A stretch of DNA of 64,000 nt from an uncultured Candidatus Saccharibacteria bacterium (GCA_964544225.1 CAZIZK010000004.1:883-64882), one strand, 5' to 3'. Shown: positions 41,924-51,134, counted from the first letter of the stretch. Notes: a model not told the origin generated them from the sequence alone. Made by a program: numbers and translations.

Positions 41924-42847
41924 TTAGTGAGCTACTGCATGACCATGGTCTGCCTTTGGGCGGAGCTGGCGTATCAATAGTATGATCACAAGTATCAGGA
42001 AGAACACACATATCCACTCGAACACTGTGTCTGGTAGAAATGAATCTGTTCCAGATACTGACAATGCACTTAGACTGTTCGCTGATAGGCTTGTACCCTG
42101 TACAGAGTTAGAAGCTACATCGTTTGAAGTTGTGTTTGTATTGTTCGAAGTTGTTGTAGTATTACTTACAGTCGAGTTCTTTGTTGTAGAACTTACATTA
42201 CTATTTGTGTTACTTGTGTCCTTTGTAGAACCTGACACTGTACCACCTGTATTACCCCCAGTACTGCCACCTGTATATATAACCGGTGATGTAGTGATAG
42301 ACATAGTGTTACCTGTAGCACGGCCAGCCTGGTTGTCAGCCACAAGACGGAAGTAGTATGTAGTGTTTGGTAGCAAACCACTAATATTGTTCGTTACAGT
42401 ACCGTTACTTATTGACTGTGTTGTTGTCTGACGATTCATGTTCTGATCAGTACCGTATTGGAAGAATGCTGTTGTCGGAGTTGTACTTTGTACATAACCT
42501 GACAATTTCATAGAGTATGATGCCACCTGTTCTGGGTTGTTTGTTGTTACAGATGCAATAGTCGGATTGTTGTATCCGTTATTACCGTTGTTGTTACCAT
42601 TATTATAATTGTTGTTACCATTGTAGTAGCCATTGCCATTTGTATTCGAGTTGCCACCATTCCATGTTGTCCATGAACCACCTGTATTGTAGAAGTTTAC
42701 AGAACTACCAGGTCCAGAGCCAGTACATGTAGGTACTACTTCGTATTGGTCACAAATACCTGCATTTGCAGATGAGGCAAATCCAAATACTAGGGCCAAT
42801 GTTGCCACTGCCAAAAGTATTGAGTTTTTGTTTGATTTATTTTCCAT
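41924..42847 (-). CDS. Surface protein with FN3-like domain and C-terminal anchor
   Basis: Signal peptide, N/G-rich linker, FQYGT...GLLPNTTYYFRLVA, S/T-rich stalk, FLPDT plus TM. Confidence 0.75.
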   Translation of the reverse strand: MENKSNKNSILLAVATLALVFGFASSANAGICDQYEVVPTCTGSGPGSSVNFYNTGGSWTTWNGGNSNTNGNGYYNGNNNYNNGNNNGNNGYNNPTIASVTTNNPEQVASYSMKLSGYVQSTTPTTAFFQYGTDQNMNRQTTTQSISNGTVTNNISGLLPNTTYYFRLVADNQAGRATGNTMSITTSPVIYTGGSTGGNTGGTVSGSTKDTSNTNSNVSSTTKNSTVSNTTTTSNNTNTTSNDVASNSVQGTSLSANSLSALSVSGTDSFLPDTVFEWICVFFLILVIILLIRQLRPKADHGHAVAH

Positions 42848-42878
42848 GGGGGTATTATAGCATACTTAATACCCTTTT

Positions 42879-42914
42879 GTCAAGCCCTGTCGCCTATAGG
42901 CGACAGGGCTTGAC
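42879..42914. repeat. Perfect 36-bp palindrome between divergent genes
   Basis: GTCAAGCCCTGTCGCCTA|TAGGCGACAGGGCTTGAC. Confidence 0.9.
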
Positions 42915-42953
42915 CACCCTTATTTTATAGGCTTTTTATGCTATACTACCCCT

Positions 42954-43385
42954 ATGGAAGAAATAGATAGATACGATAAAAAAGACAAGAAAGTACTAGT
43001 ATTTGGTGTATTCGACACCCTACATGCAGGGCACACATTCTTCATAGATGAGGCTTCAAAGTATGGAACCAGCCTTGTAATAGTCGTTACCGAGGATGAA
43101 GTAGTGAACAAGATGAAGGACCACTTCCCTAGGAACAACTTGTTCGAAAGAATGCAAACTCTAAAGAAAGCTTACCCAAAGGCCAAAGTCCGCGTGGGTG
43201 ATATGCGCATGGGTGCCTGGACTCCAATATACGAGGAGAAGCCCGATATAGTGGTATGTGGCTATGACCAGGACAAACTATTCCGATCACTTCGTGACCC
43301 CTCAAAGAAATACATATTTAAACGTGTTCAACTAGATAAAAGTCTGAAGAAGACAAAGCTCCATTCGAGTATCATAAACAAGTAG
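42954..43385 (+). CDS. Cytidylyltransferase-like protein (RibL/FAD synthase-like)
   Basis: VFGVFDTLHAGH, PDIVVCGYDQ, HSS. Confidence 0.8.
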   Translation: MEEIDRYDKKDKKVLVFGVFDTLHAGHTFFIDEASKYGTSLVIVVTEDEVVNKMKDHFPRNNLFERMQTLKKAYPKAKVRVGDMRMGAWTPIYEEKPDIVVCGYDQDKLFRSLRDPSKKYIFKRVQLDKSLKKTKLHSSIINK

Positions 43386-43455
43386 CCTCCCCTACTTCAT
43401 AACTTTATAAATAAGGTGTACAATAGTACCTGTACTAATTAATTTTTAATATTTT

Positions 43456-44679
43456 ATGCAAAAAAATCCTTTTGAGAATGCAATGATGCAGTTAGCACGT
43501 GCGCAAGCTGTGCAGAGTTTTAATCCAGAGTTCATGTCACGCCTTGCCCAACCTGAACGCGAGATCCGTATTTCTATCCCAGTAACAATGGATGATGGTA
43601 GTCTGAAGATGTACGAAGGTTACCGGGTAGAATACAACTCGGCTCGTGGCCCATACAAAGGCGGTATCCGATTCCACCAAGACACTGACATACATGAAGT
43701 GAAGGCCCTCGCCTTCTGGATGGCACTAAAGTGTGCTGTGGCCAATATCCCTATGGGTGGTGGTAAAGGTGGTATCACAGTGGACCCGAAAGTTCTTTCA
43801 AAGACAGAATTGGAAAAATTGTCTCGTGGTTGGGCCCGCATGATGGCTCCGAACATTGGCCCAGATAAAGATGTGCCTGCTCCAGATGTAAACACTACTC
43901 CAGAGATAATGACTTGGATGAATGACGAGTACATGAGTATCACAGGCGAGAAGACTGGCGCAACATTTACCGGCAAGCCATTGGACAAGGGTGGCTCTGA
44001 AGGCCGTGGCCCTGCTACAGGACTAGGAGGCTTCTACGTATTCGACGCTATCCGTGGCAAATACGGTGTACCTGACAATTCAAAGATAGTGATCCAAGGC
44101 TTCGGCAACGTAGGTGGTAACGCATTTGAAATATTTGAAAATGCTGGCCACACTATAGTCGGTATATCCGACTCAAAGAGTGCAATATACAAGGCCGACG
44201 GTATCACCTATGCCGAGGCAACATCTTGGAAGAAGGAACATGGCAGCTTCATAGGGTTTCCAGGGGCTGTGGAATTATCCAACATGGAACTACTCGAACA
44301 AGAGTGTGATGTATTGATCCCCGCAGCGTTGGAAAACCAGATCACTGAAAATAATGCTAACAATGTAAAAGCAAAGTTCATACTCGAACTTGCAAACGGC
44401 CCTATCACTCCAGAAGCCGACGATATACTACTATCACGTGGTATCCCAGTTGTGCCAGACATATTGGCCAACTCTGGTGGTGTAACAGTGTCTACATATG
44501 AATGGGAACAGAATCTAAAGGGTGAGCACTGGACTGAAGCTGAAGTCTTTGCAAAGTTGAAGGAGAAGTTGGATACCGAATCTAAACTCATCGATGACAA
44601 ATCCCGCACCCTATCTACCGACTTGCGCCGTTCTGCATTCATCGTAGCACTCGAGCGTATTGAGAAAGCTACAAAATAA
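43456..44679 (+). CDS. gdhA: Glu/Leu/Phe/Val dehydrogenase (glutamate dehydrogenase)
   Basis: GPYKGGIRF, GGGKGG, DVPAPD, QGFGNVG, ELANGP, ANSGGV. Confidence 0.92.
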   Translation: MQKNPFENAMMQLARAQAVQSFNPEFMSRLAQPEREIRISIPVTMDDGSLKMYEGYRVEYNSARGPYKGGIRFHQDTDIHEVKALAFWMALKCAVANIPMGGGKGGITVDPKVLSKTELEKLSRGWARMMAPNIGPDKDVPAPDVNTTPEIMTWMNDEYMSITGEKTGATFTGKPLDKGGSEGRGPATGLGGFYVFDAIRGKYGVPDNSKIVIQGFGNVGGNAFEIFENAGHTIVGISDSKSAIYKADGITYAEATSWKKEHGSFIGFPGAVELSNMELLEQECDVLIPAALENQITENNANNVKAKFILELANGPITPEADDILLSRGIPVVPDILANSGGVTVSTYEWEQNLKGEHWTEAEVFAKLKEKLDTESKLIDDKSRTLSTDLRRSAFIVALERIEKATK

Positions 44680-44750
44680 TTATTAATATAAAAAATAAAA
44701 ATCCCGAAGCGAAAGCTTGCGGGATTTTTTTAATTTGTGTTAGGTGTGGC

Positions 44751-45428
44751 CTAACTTTGTTTCAAAAGGAAATAGTGGTTTGCTTTGTATGTGCATGGAA
44801 TTTTGGTATGACGCAGATTATAATGCATCTTTCCATCAGATTTTTTACCCATACTTTCCAGGTATATCACATAAATGTGCGGACCTGTTTCGTCGGTCAA
44901 TTCGCAGTAACCGATGTTCAGGTTCTCCTGACCATCTTTTTCTACCTCATTAATCAATACACCCTCACCATAAGTATGATCCAAGATTACATCGTGTGCA
45001 GTCACCAATATTTCATCTAATGATGATAGGCTGCATACATCGAATTTATTGATTATATCAATATCCGACAAACCAGGGTTAATTATTTTATAATGCTCGT
45101 AGGATTGTGGTGCATCTGAAATATTAAAATCTTTTGTGCCGATTTGCATAGCAACAAGACGCTTTGCAATAATAGGATCAATGGAATCAATAACGTGAAA
45201 TTCGTTTGTTATTGTCTGAAAAAAGAAAGGTTCTACTATTGCGGCATCACGGATATATTCACCTATTTTTTTAAACTGAACTTTTTTGTTTTCGGTCAGT
45301 CCAATGTGGATTTGGGAGATTGCTTCCCTGTTTTCAGTAATTCTTTTTTCAAGCATCGCTATCTCGTTCAAGCGATTTCCAACCACTCTATCAAGGATAA
45401 GTGGTTTTACATTTTCTTGTGTGCTCAT
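44751..45428 (-). CDS. Hypothetical protein (AT-rich)
   Basis: Long ORF without recognisable motifs; alternative start 45476. Confidence 0.55.
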   Translation of the reverse strand: MSTQENVKPLILDRVVGNRLNEIAMLEKRITENREAISQIHIGLTENKKVQFKKIGEYIRDAAIVEPFFFQTITNEFHVIDSIDPIIAKRLVAMQIGTKDFNISDAPQSYEHYKIINPGLSDIDIINKFDVCSLSSLDEILVTAHDVILDHTYGEGVLINEVEKDGQENLNIGYCELTDETGPHIYVIYLESMGKKSDGKMHYNLRHTKIPCTYKANHYFLLKQS

Positions 45429-45528
45429 ACGTATTTTATTTTTTGTTTTGCTACACATTAACACATATTTATACAAAAGTAAATGGGTAAATTTTTAGTA
45501 AATACACACGGTCTGGTATAATACCCGG

Positions 45529-45657
45529 ATGGATCCCGTTAGAAGTCATGTATGTTATTCAGGCTACGGGAAGAATTTTACAGAAATAGTTATTTTATAT
45601 TTTATTATTTAATTTATGTACGATAATCTAAAGATTATCTACTTCTAACGGGATGGA
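45529..45657 (+). mobile_element. TCCCGTTAGAA...TTCTAACGGG element, copy 1, at the purH start, flanked by ATGGA direct repeats
   Basis: ATGGA-tcccgttagaag...cttctaacggg-ATGGA; 119 bp between the repeats. Confidence 0.7.
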
Positions 45658-47140
45658 AAAACAAATCAAAACAGCATTAATATCAGTATTTAATAAAGAT
45701 GGCCTCGATGATATTATCCGACTCTTGGACAAAAGTGGGGTCAAAATTATCTCTACAGGTGGCACAGCCGATTTTATCAAAGGCCTAGGTGTAAGTGTGA
45801 CAACAGTAGAAAGTGTCACTGGCTTCCCTTCAGTTTTCGGTGGGCGTGTTAAAACTTTGCAACCACAAATATTTGGCGGAATTCTAAATCGTCGCGACAA
45901 TGCCGATGATATGAAGGAAAAGGCTGAACACAAGATAGAAGATATTGATCTGGTAATAGTGGACCTGTACCCATTCTTTGAAACATTAAAGGCTGGCGGA
46001 ACAGAAGAAGAGATAATTGAAAAGATCGATATAGGTGGAGTGTCGCTGATACGTGCAGCTGCAAAGAATTTTAATGACGTAGTGGTAGTCCCTTCAAAGA
46101 ACCAATACAGCTATCTGAAAAATATTCTAGATGGTGGCACAGTTACAACACTTGAACAACGTAAACACCTAGCTTCAACTGCATTCGAGGTAACAGGTGG
46201 GTACGATATGACTATCTGGTCATATTTTAGTGGAAGTGCGCTTCGCTATGGTGAGAACCCGCATCAAAGTGGCCAGTTCATGGGTGATATGAATAAAGTA
46301 TTCAACATACTGCAAGGTAAAGAACTTTCATACAACAACCTGCTGGACGCAGATGCTGCAATACGCTTAATAAAGGATTTCAATATGCCTGCATTCGCAA
46401 TATTGAAGCATACCAATGCCTGCGGTTGCGCAACTGGTAATATGAGTACATTGGAGCTTTTGAAGAAGGCATATACTACTGACCCAGTGTCTGCATTTGG
46501 TGGCATACTAGTAACCAATCAAAAGGTAGATGCCGACACGGCAAAATATTTGGTAGAAGAAGTTAAATTATTCTTCGAATTACTTATCGCCCCCGAGTTT
46601 ACACCTGAGGCTTTGGAAATATTGAGCAAGAAGACCGATGTCCGCGTATTGAAACTCAACGATTTCGAACTCCCTATGGGTGAGATACGCACATGTCTCA
46701 ATGGCTATCTTGCACAAGACCGTGATGCACAAACCGAAACTGCGGAGAACTTCACCACAGTTACAAAGCGTGCACCAACTGAACAGGAAGTAAGTGATAT
46801 GGTAATAGGTGCAACTATAGCAAAACACTTGAAGTCTAACTGTGTAGTAATAGTAAAAGACGGCAATATGGTAACTATGGGTGCAGGACAAGTGTCACGC
46901 GTAGATGCATTGAAGAATGCATTGGAAAAGGCAAAAGGCTTCGGCCTCGAAGTTGCCGGTGGCATACTTGCTTCGGAAGCATTCCTTCCTTTCCCTGACT
47001 GTGTAGAAATAAGTGGCTCCGCTGGCGTCACCGCTGTGGTACAACCAGGTGGTAGCAAGAAGGACCAGCTATCTATCGACAAATGTGATGAAATGAATAT
47101 GGCTATGGTAACAACCGGCTTCCGACATTTTAAACATTAG
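45653..47140 (+). CDS. purH: Bifunctional AICAR transformylase/IMP cyclohydrolase
   Basis: ALISV, STGGTA, GGRVKTL, IDIGG, LRYGENPHQ, QPGGS, RHFKH. Confidence 0.96.
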   Translation: MEKQIKTALISVFNKDGLDDIIRLLDKSGVKIISTGGTADFIKGLGVSVTTVESVTGFPSVFGGRVKTLQPQIFGGILNRRDNADDMKEKAEHKIEDIDLVIVDLYPFFETLKAGGTEEEIIEKIDIGGVSLIRAAAKNFNDVVVVPSKNQYSYLKNILDGGTVTTLEQRKHLASTAFEVTGGYDMTIWSYFSGSALRYGENPHQSGQFMGDMNKVFNILQGKELSYNNLLDADAAIRLIKDFNMPAFAILKHTNACGCATGNMSTLELLKKAYTTDPVSAFGGILVTNQKVDADTAKYLVEEVKLFFELLIAPEFTPEALEILSKKTDVRVLKLNDFELPMGEIRTCLNGYLAQDRDAQTETAENFTTVTKRAPTEQEVSDMVIGATIAKHLKSNCVVIVKDGNMVTMGAGQVSRVDALKNALEKAKGFGLEVAGGILASEAFLPFPDCVEISGSAGVTAVVQPGGSKKDQLSIDKCDEMNMAMVTTGFRHFKH

Positions 47141-47245
47141 ACCTCTCCTTATTTAAAAACTTTACCCAAAATGAACGATCGTCGATATCAGGTAAAATAA
47201 AAAAAATCCCGAACATCAGTCCGGGATTTTCAATTTGTTTTTTGT

Positions 47246-47533
47246 TTACATGTTTATGGCACGCATGAATTCCTCCTTCGAAGAAAACAATGTGCCGAAA
47301 AATACAAACATTCCTACAACCAAACTTATAATTGAACCGCCAACAAGAGCAACTTGGTCTTGTGTGGAAGCACGATTAAAATCGGCTGCAAAACTTGGAA
47401 AGTATGTGCTTGCACACATGTAAATTAGGAATGCGCCCAATGCCAGAGCAAAAGCTCTGAATAAGAAAGGTGCAACATGGTCAACGATAGTTTCGATGAC
47501 ACTGAAAACGATTTTTTTAAATTGAATGTTCAT
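47246..47533 (-). CDS. Small two-TM membrane protein
   Basis: 95 aa; own promoter, long leader hairpin and downstream terminator. Confidence 0.6.
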   Translation of the reverse strand: MNIQFKKIVFSVIETIVDHVAPFLFRAFALALGAFLIYMCASTYFPSFAADFNRASTQDQVALVGGSIISLVVGMFVFFGTLFSSKEEFMRAINM

Positions 47534-47720
47534 GATGTTTTTTTGTTAGTTGGTTTAGCAGAAAGGATATAAATCCCCTCAACTAAACCAACTAAAAACA
47601 TCATCTTTCAAACAACTTAACTTTAGTATATTATAGCACAATATATGCCTATTTGTCAAGTAAAAATACGTTGATAAATAAGGGTTTAATTGGCTTTTAT
47701 AGGTATGATATAATGAACCA

Positions 47721-50396
47721 ATGCAAAAGAAAAATAATACAAAAACTAGTAAAAAACCAAAGAAAGAATCTGTTCGCCTAGTGCCACATATCAAGCCTGT
47801 TAAATACACACTAAAATTGAAGCCGGACTTAGAATCTTTTACCTTCGAAGGTAATGAGGTGATAGATATTGTGATAGACAAGGCTGTGAGTGAGGTAACT
47901 CTGCACTCAAAAGATTTAGATATCACAACTGTAGAAGTAACAAGTGGCAAGGCTTCACAATTTGCAAATAAAATTAAATACAATGAAAAGGCTGAGACAG
48001 CCACATTTACTTTCAAGAACAACATTCCGAAGGGAAAGTTAAAATTAAAAATTATTTTCTCAGGAATTATTAGCGAAGGATTGCGAGGATTCTATCGCAG
48101 TCGCTACACCCTCGATGGAAAGGTAAAGCATATTGCAACAACTCAGTTCGAAGCTACCGATGCACGTAGGGCCTTCCCCTCTTTCGACGAGCCGGCTCAC
48201 AAAGCAATTTTCGACCTATCGCTCATTATCCCTGGTACTCATACAGCAATATCAAACACTTTGCCAACAAAGATAAGTGAACACGAAGGTGGATACAAAG
48301 TAATCGAATTCGCATCTACTCCAAAAATGTCTACATACCTACTGGCATTTATAATCGGCGAATTTGAATTTGTGGAAGGGTACGCTTCTTCGGGGAAACA
48401 TTCTTCTAAAAATCGTTTATCCCTACCTCGTCCCGAGGGCGAGGCGCGCGCCCACACCTACGATTTTGATAAGAACATTTCCCCTACAAAAACACTCGTT
48501 AGAGTCTACACAACCGCTGGTAAAAAGCACCAGGCAAAGTTTGCCCTCGATGTAGCTATCAAGTCGTTGGAATTCTACAATGATTATTTCGGTATTCCCT
48601 ACCCACTTCCGACACTGGACCTCATTGCCCTACCGGACTTTGAGTCCGCTGCCATGGAAAACTGGGGCGCAGTTACATTCCGCGAGACAGCATTGCTCGT
48701 AGACGATGAACACACTTCATTTGCCAACAAGCAATGGGTAGCGATAGTTATCGCACACGAATTGGCACACCAATGGTTCGGCAACTTGGTTACTATGCAC
48801 TGGTGGACAGACTTGTGGCTCAACGAAGGCTTTGCCTCATACATGGAATACCTATGTACTGACCACATGTTCCCTGAATGGAAAGTCTGGGATCTATACC
48901 TTGCCGAGCGTTACTCACTAGCACTACGCCTGGACGCACTTGCTAACTCGCACCCTATCGAAGTCGAAGTTCACCACCCAAACGAGATCAATGAAATATT
49001 CGACATGGTGTCATATGCAAAAGGCTCGGCGGTGATACGTATGCTTGCGGAATACCTGGGCGCAGACACTTTCAAGAAAGGCTTGCAACACTACATGAAG
49101 AAGCACAGCTATGGCAACACTGTTACCATGGACCTATGGGATGCATTTGAAAAGGCAAGTAAAAAGCCAGTAAAGAAAATGATGCGCGAGTGGACAGGCC
49201 GTACAGGTTACCCACTGCTTAGTTTAGATAAAAATAAAGTAACTCAAGAAAGGTTCTTCTCGAGTCGTGTGTCTAAAGAGAATAATAAGGAGAAGACTAC
49301 TTGGCAGATACCTCTTTCATACAAAGATGGTGACAATACAAAGAAAGTTCTAATAGATAAAAAGTCTACAAATATTGTAGGTAAAAATATTGGCAAGTTA
49401 AATACTGGCGAAGTGTCTATGCTACGCGTAAAGTATGACGAAGCTACAATAGCCCGCCTAAAGTCTGAGATATCTTCTGGCACAATGAGTGTACATGACA
49501 GGCTAGGTATTGCCCGTGATATCTTTGCACTAGCTGAGGCAGGCTATACTAGTGCCACAGTCGCTATGGACTTTGCCCAATCATTCAAGAACGAGACCGA
49601 GTATATAGTCTGGGCAGAACTTGCCAGTGGTATCGACAAAGTATACAGCCTGATAGCCGAAGAAAGTTGGGCAGATAATTACAAGAAATATGCTTTGCAA
49701 CTATTCTCGCCTCTTGCACACCGTATGGGCTGGCACGCAAAAAGTGCAAGTAATACCGACACATTCCTACGCAACCTGGCCCTATCACATGCGGCACTTT
49801 ATGGCGATGACTTGATAATTAAATATGGCAAGAAATTATTTAAGGAATCTGGAAAGACAAAGATCCCTGCCGACATCCGAAGTGTTGTATATGGAATTGT
49901 AGCCCGCGATGGTAAAGAGACTGATTGGAATAAATTCAAAACTATGTACAAGTCTGCCACTCTAGATGAAGAGCGCGACAGATGTGGCCGAGCACTTGCA
50001 CAGTTCCGCGACAAGACACTGTTAGCAAAGACACTTACATTTGCAATCTCAAAAGAAGTTCGCATGCAAGATACGCCATTTATGATAGGCTCTGTATGGG
50101 GTAATAGTAAAGGTCGCGACTTGGCATGGCAATTTGTCCAACATAATTGGCCGACACTGCTGAAGAAATATGGCGAGGGTGGACACTTCCTAGGGCGATT
50201 ACTATCACCACTAGGTACACACACCAAAGTATCTGATGCAAAAGCTATCAAAATATTCTTCAAGAAGAATGAGGCCCCAGGGGCACAAAGAACTATCGAA
50301 CAGTCACTGGAACGTATATATTCCAATGCTTCATGGATTGCCTCGGACAAGAACAACATAAAAAAGTGGCTAGAGAAGTGGAATGAATCCCGTTAG
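47721..50396 (+). CDS. pepN: M1 family aminopeptidase
   Basis: TQFEATDARRAFP, AAMENWG, HELAHQW...E, YAKG, ERAP1-like C-terminal domain. Confidence 0.92.
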   Translation: MQKKNNTKTSKKPKKESVRLVPHIKPVKYTLKLKPDLESFTFEGNEVIDIVIDKAVSEVTLHSKDLDITTVEVTSGKASQFANKIKYNEKAETATFTFKNNIPKGKLKLKIIFSGIISEGLRGFYRSRYTLDGKVKHIATTQFEATDARRAFPSFDEPAHKAIFDLSLIIPGTHTAISNTLPTKISEHEGGYKVIEFASTPKMSTYLLAFIIGEFEFVEGYASSGKHSSKNRLSLPRPEGEARAHTYDFDKNISPTKTLVRVYTTAGKKHQAKFALDVAIKSLEFYNDYFGIPYPLPTLDLIALPDFESAAMENWGAVTFRETALLVDDEHTSFANKQWVAIVIAHELAHQWFGNLVTMHWWTDLWLNEGFASYMEYLCTDHMFPEWKVWDLYLAERYSLALRLDALANSHPIEVEVHHPNEINEIFDMVSYAKGSAVIRMLAEYLGADTFKKGLQHYMKKHSYGNTVTMDLWDAFEKASKKPVKKMMREWTGRTGYPLLSLDKNKVTQERFFSSRVSKENNKEKTTWQIPLSYKDGDNTKKVLIDKKSTNIVGKNIGKLNTGEVSMLRVKYDEATIARLKSEISSGTMSVHDRLGIARDIFALAEAGYTSATVAMDFAQSFKNETEYIVWAELASGIDKVYSLIAEESWADNYKKYALQLFSPLAHRMGWHAKSASNTDTFLRNLALSHAALYGDDLIIKYGKKLFKESGKTKIPADIRSVVYGIVARDGKETDWNKFKTMYKSATLDEERDRCGRALAQFRDKTLLAKTLTFAISKEVRMQDTPFMIGSVWGNSKGRDLAWQFVQHNWPTLLKKYGEGGHFLGRLLSPLGTHTKVSDAKAIKIFFKKNEAPGAQRTIEQSLERIYSNASWIASDKNNIKKWLEKWNESR
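48392..48484 (+). repeat. 93-bp in-frame palindromic insertion in pepN
   Basis: GGGGAAA..TTCTT..AAAATCGT / ACGATTTT..AAGAA..TTTCCCC arms with an inner GC hairpin. Confidence 0.7.
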
Positions 50397-50509
50397 AAGC
50401 CACGATCACGATATTATGGTAATATCTATATATGAAAGAACATTTTAAAATTATTAATTTAACAAGTAAGGCACGTATATTGATCGTGACCTGCTTCTAA
50501 CGGGATGAA
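50383..50509 (+). mobile_element. TCCCGTTAGAA...TTCTAACGGG element, copy 2, flanked by ATGAA; supplies the pepN stop codon
   Basis: ATGAA-tcccgttagaag...cttctaacggg-ATGAA; 117 bp; inner CACGATCA/TGATCGTG stem. Confidence 0.7.
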
Positions 50510-51041
50510 CATACACCCAATATTTGTGCACTTCCCTATAGCGTTACTAACCATATACGCTATGATGGAATTATTAAAATTCAAAAAAGTAAAAGAACTT
50601 CCATACTTCTTTTACACTAAGGCTATCATCCTTATCATCGGTGCACTTAGTTCATCTGTAGCATTGCAAACTGGTGAGATGGCTGAAGACGCTCTAAACA
50701 GCCCCGAATTACATAACCTTGTAGAAAAGCACGCTTGGTTTGCAGGATTTGCATCATACATATTTGCCGTACTTGCTATTGTGTATGCCGTATCATGGGT
50801 AAATAAATCAGATTTTGCAAAGAATATATTATCAAAAGTTACAAATATTGGCATAATCAACAAGCTTTGGATATTTGTATCGAGCATAGCAGAAAAGATA
50901 CTAGCAAGTGACTTATTAATGATAACCCTTGCCATAGTAGGCCTCGCAACTATCACTATTACAGGTGCACTCGGTGGCGCTATTGTATACGGCCCAAATA
51001 TAGACCCAATAGTACAGATCATATACAACTTGGTAATGTAA
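50505..51041 (+). CDS. DUF2231-like membrane protein
   Basis: HPIFVHFPIAL, TGE.AE...H, GALGGAIVY. Confidence 0.75.
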   Translation: MNIHPIFVHFPIALLTIYAMMELLKFKKVKELPYFFYTKAIILIIGALSSSVALQTGEMAEDALNSPELHNLVEKHAWFAGFASYIFAVLAIVYAVSWVNKSDFAKNILSKVTNIGIINKLWIFVSSIAEKILASDLLMITLAIVGLATITITGALGGAIVYGPNIDPIVQIIYNLVM

Positions 51042-51042
51042 T

Positions 51043-51134
51043 ATGAATCCCGTTAGAAATTATTTATGTTATATTACTACTATTATCAAATTAATTACGA
51101 AAGTCTAAAGACTTTCTATTTCTAACGGGATGAA
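51043..51134 (+). mobile_element. TCCCGTTAGAA...TTCTAACGGG element, copy 3, at the rsmE start, flanked by ATGAA
   Basis: ATGAA-tcccgttagaaa...tttctaacggg-ATGAA; 82 bp. Confidence 0.7.

Noticed and set aside
45534-45652. ZMP/ZTP riboswitch upstream of purH
   Set aside because: No pfl-motif consensus visible; the region is explained by the repeat element.
45529-51134. CRISPR array or integron attC sites as an explanation of the GTTAG-containing repeats
   Set aside because: No regular repeat-spacer periodicity or cas genes. The GTTAGAA/TTCTAAC arms are in the reverse order to an attC on the coding strand, the flanked genes are housekeeping genes and no integron integrase is seen.
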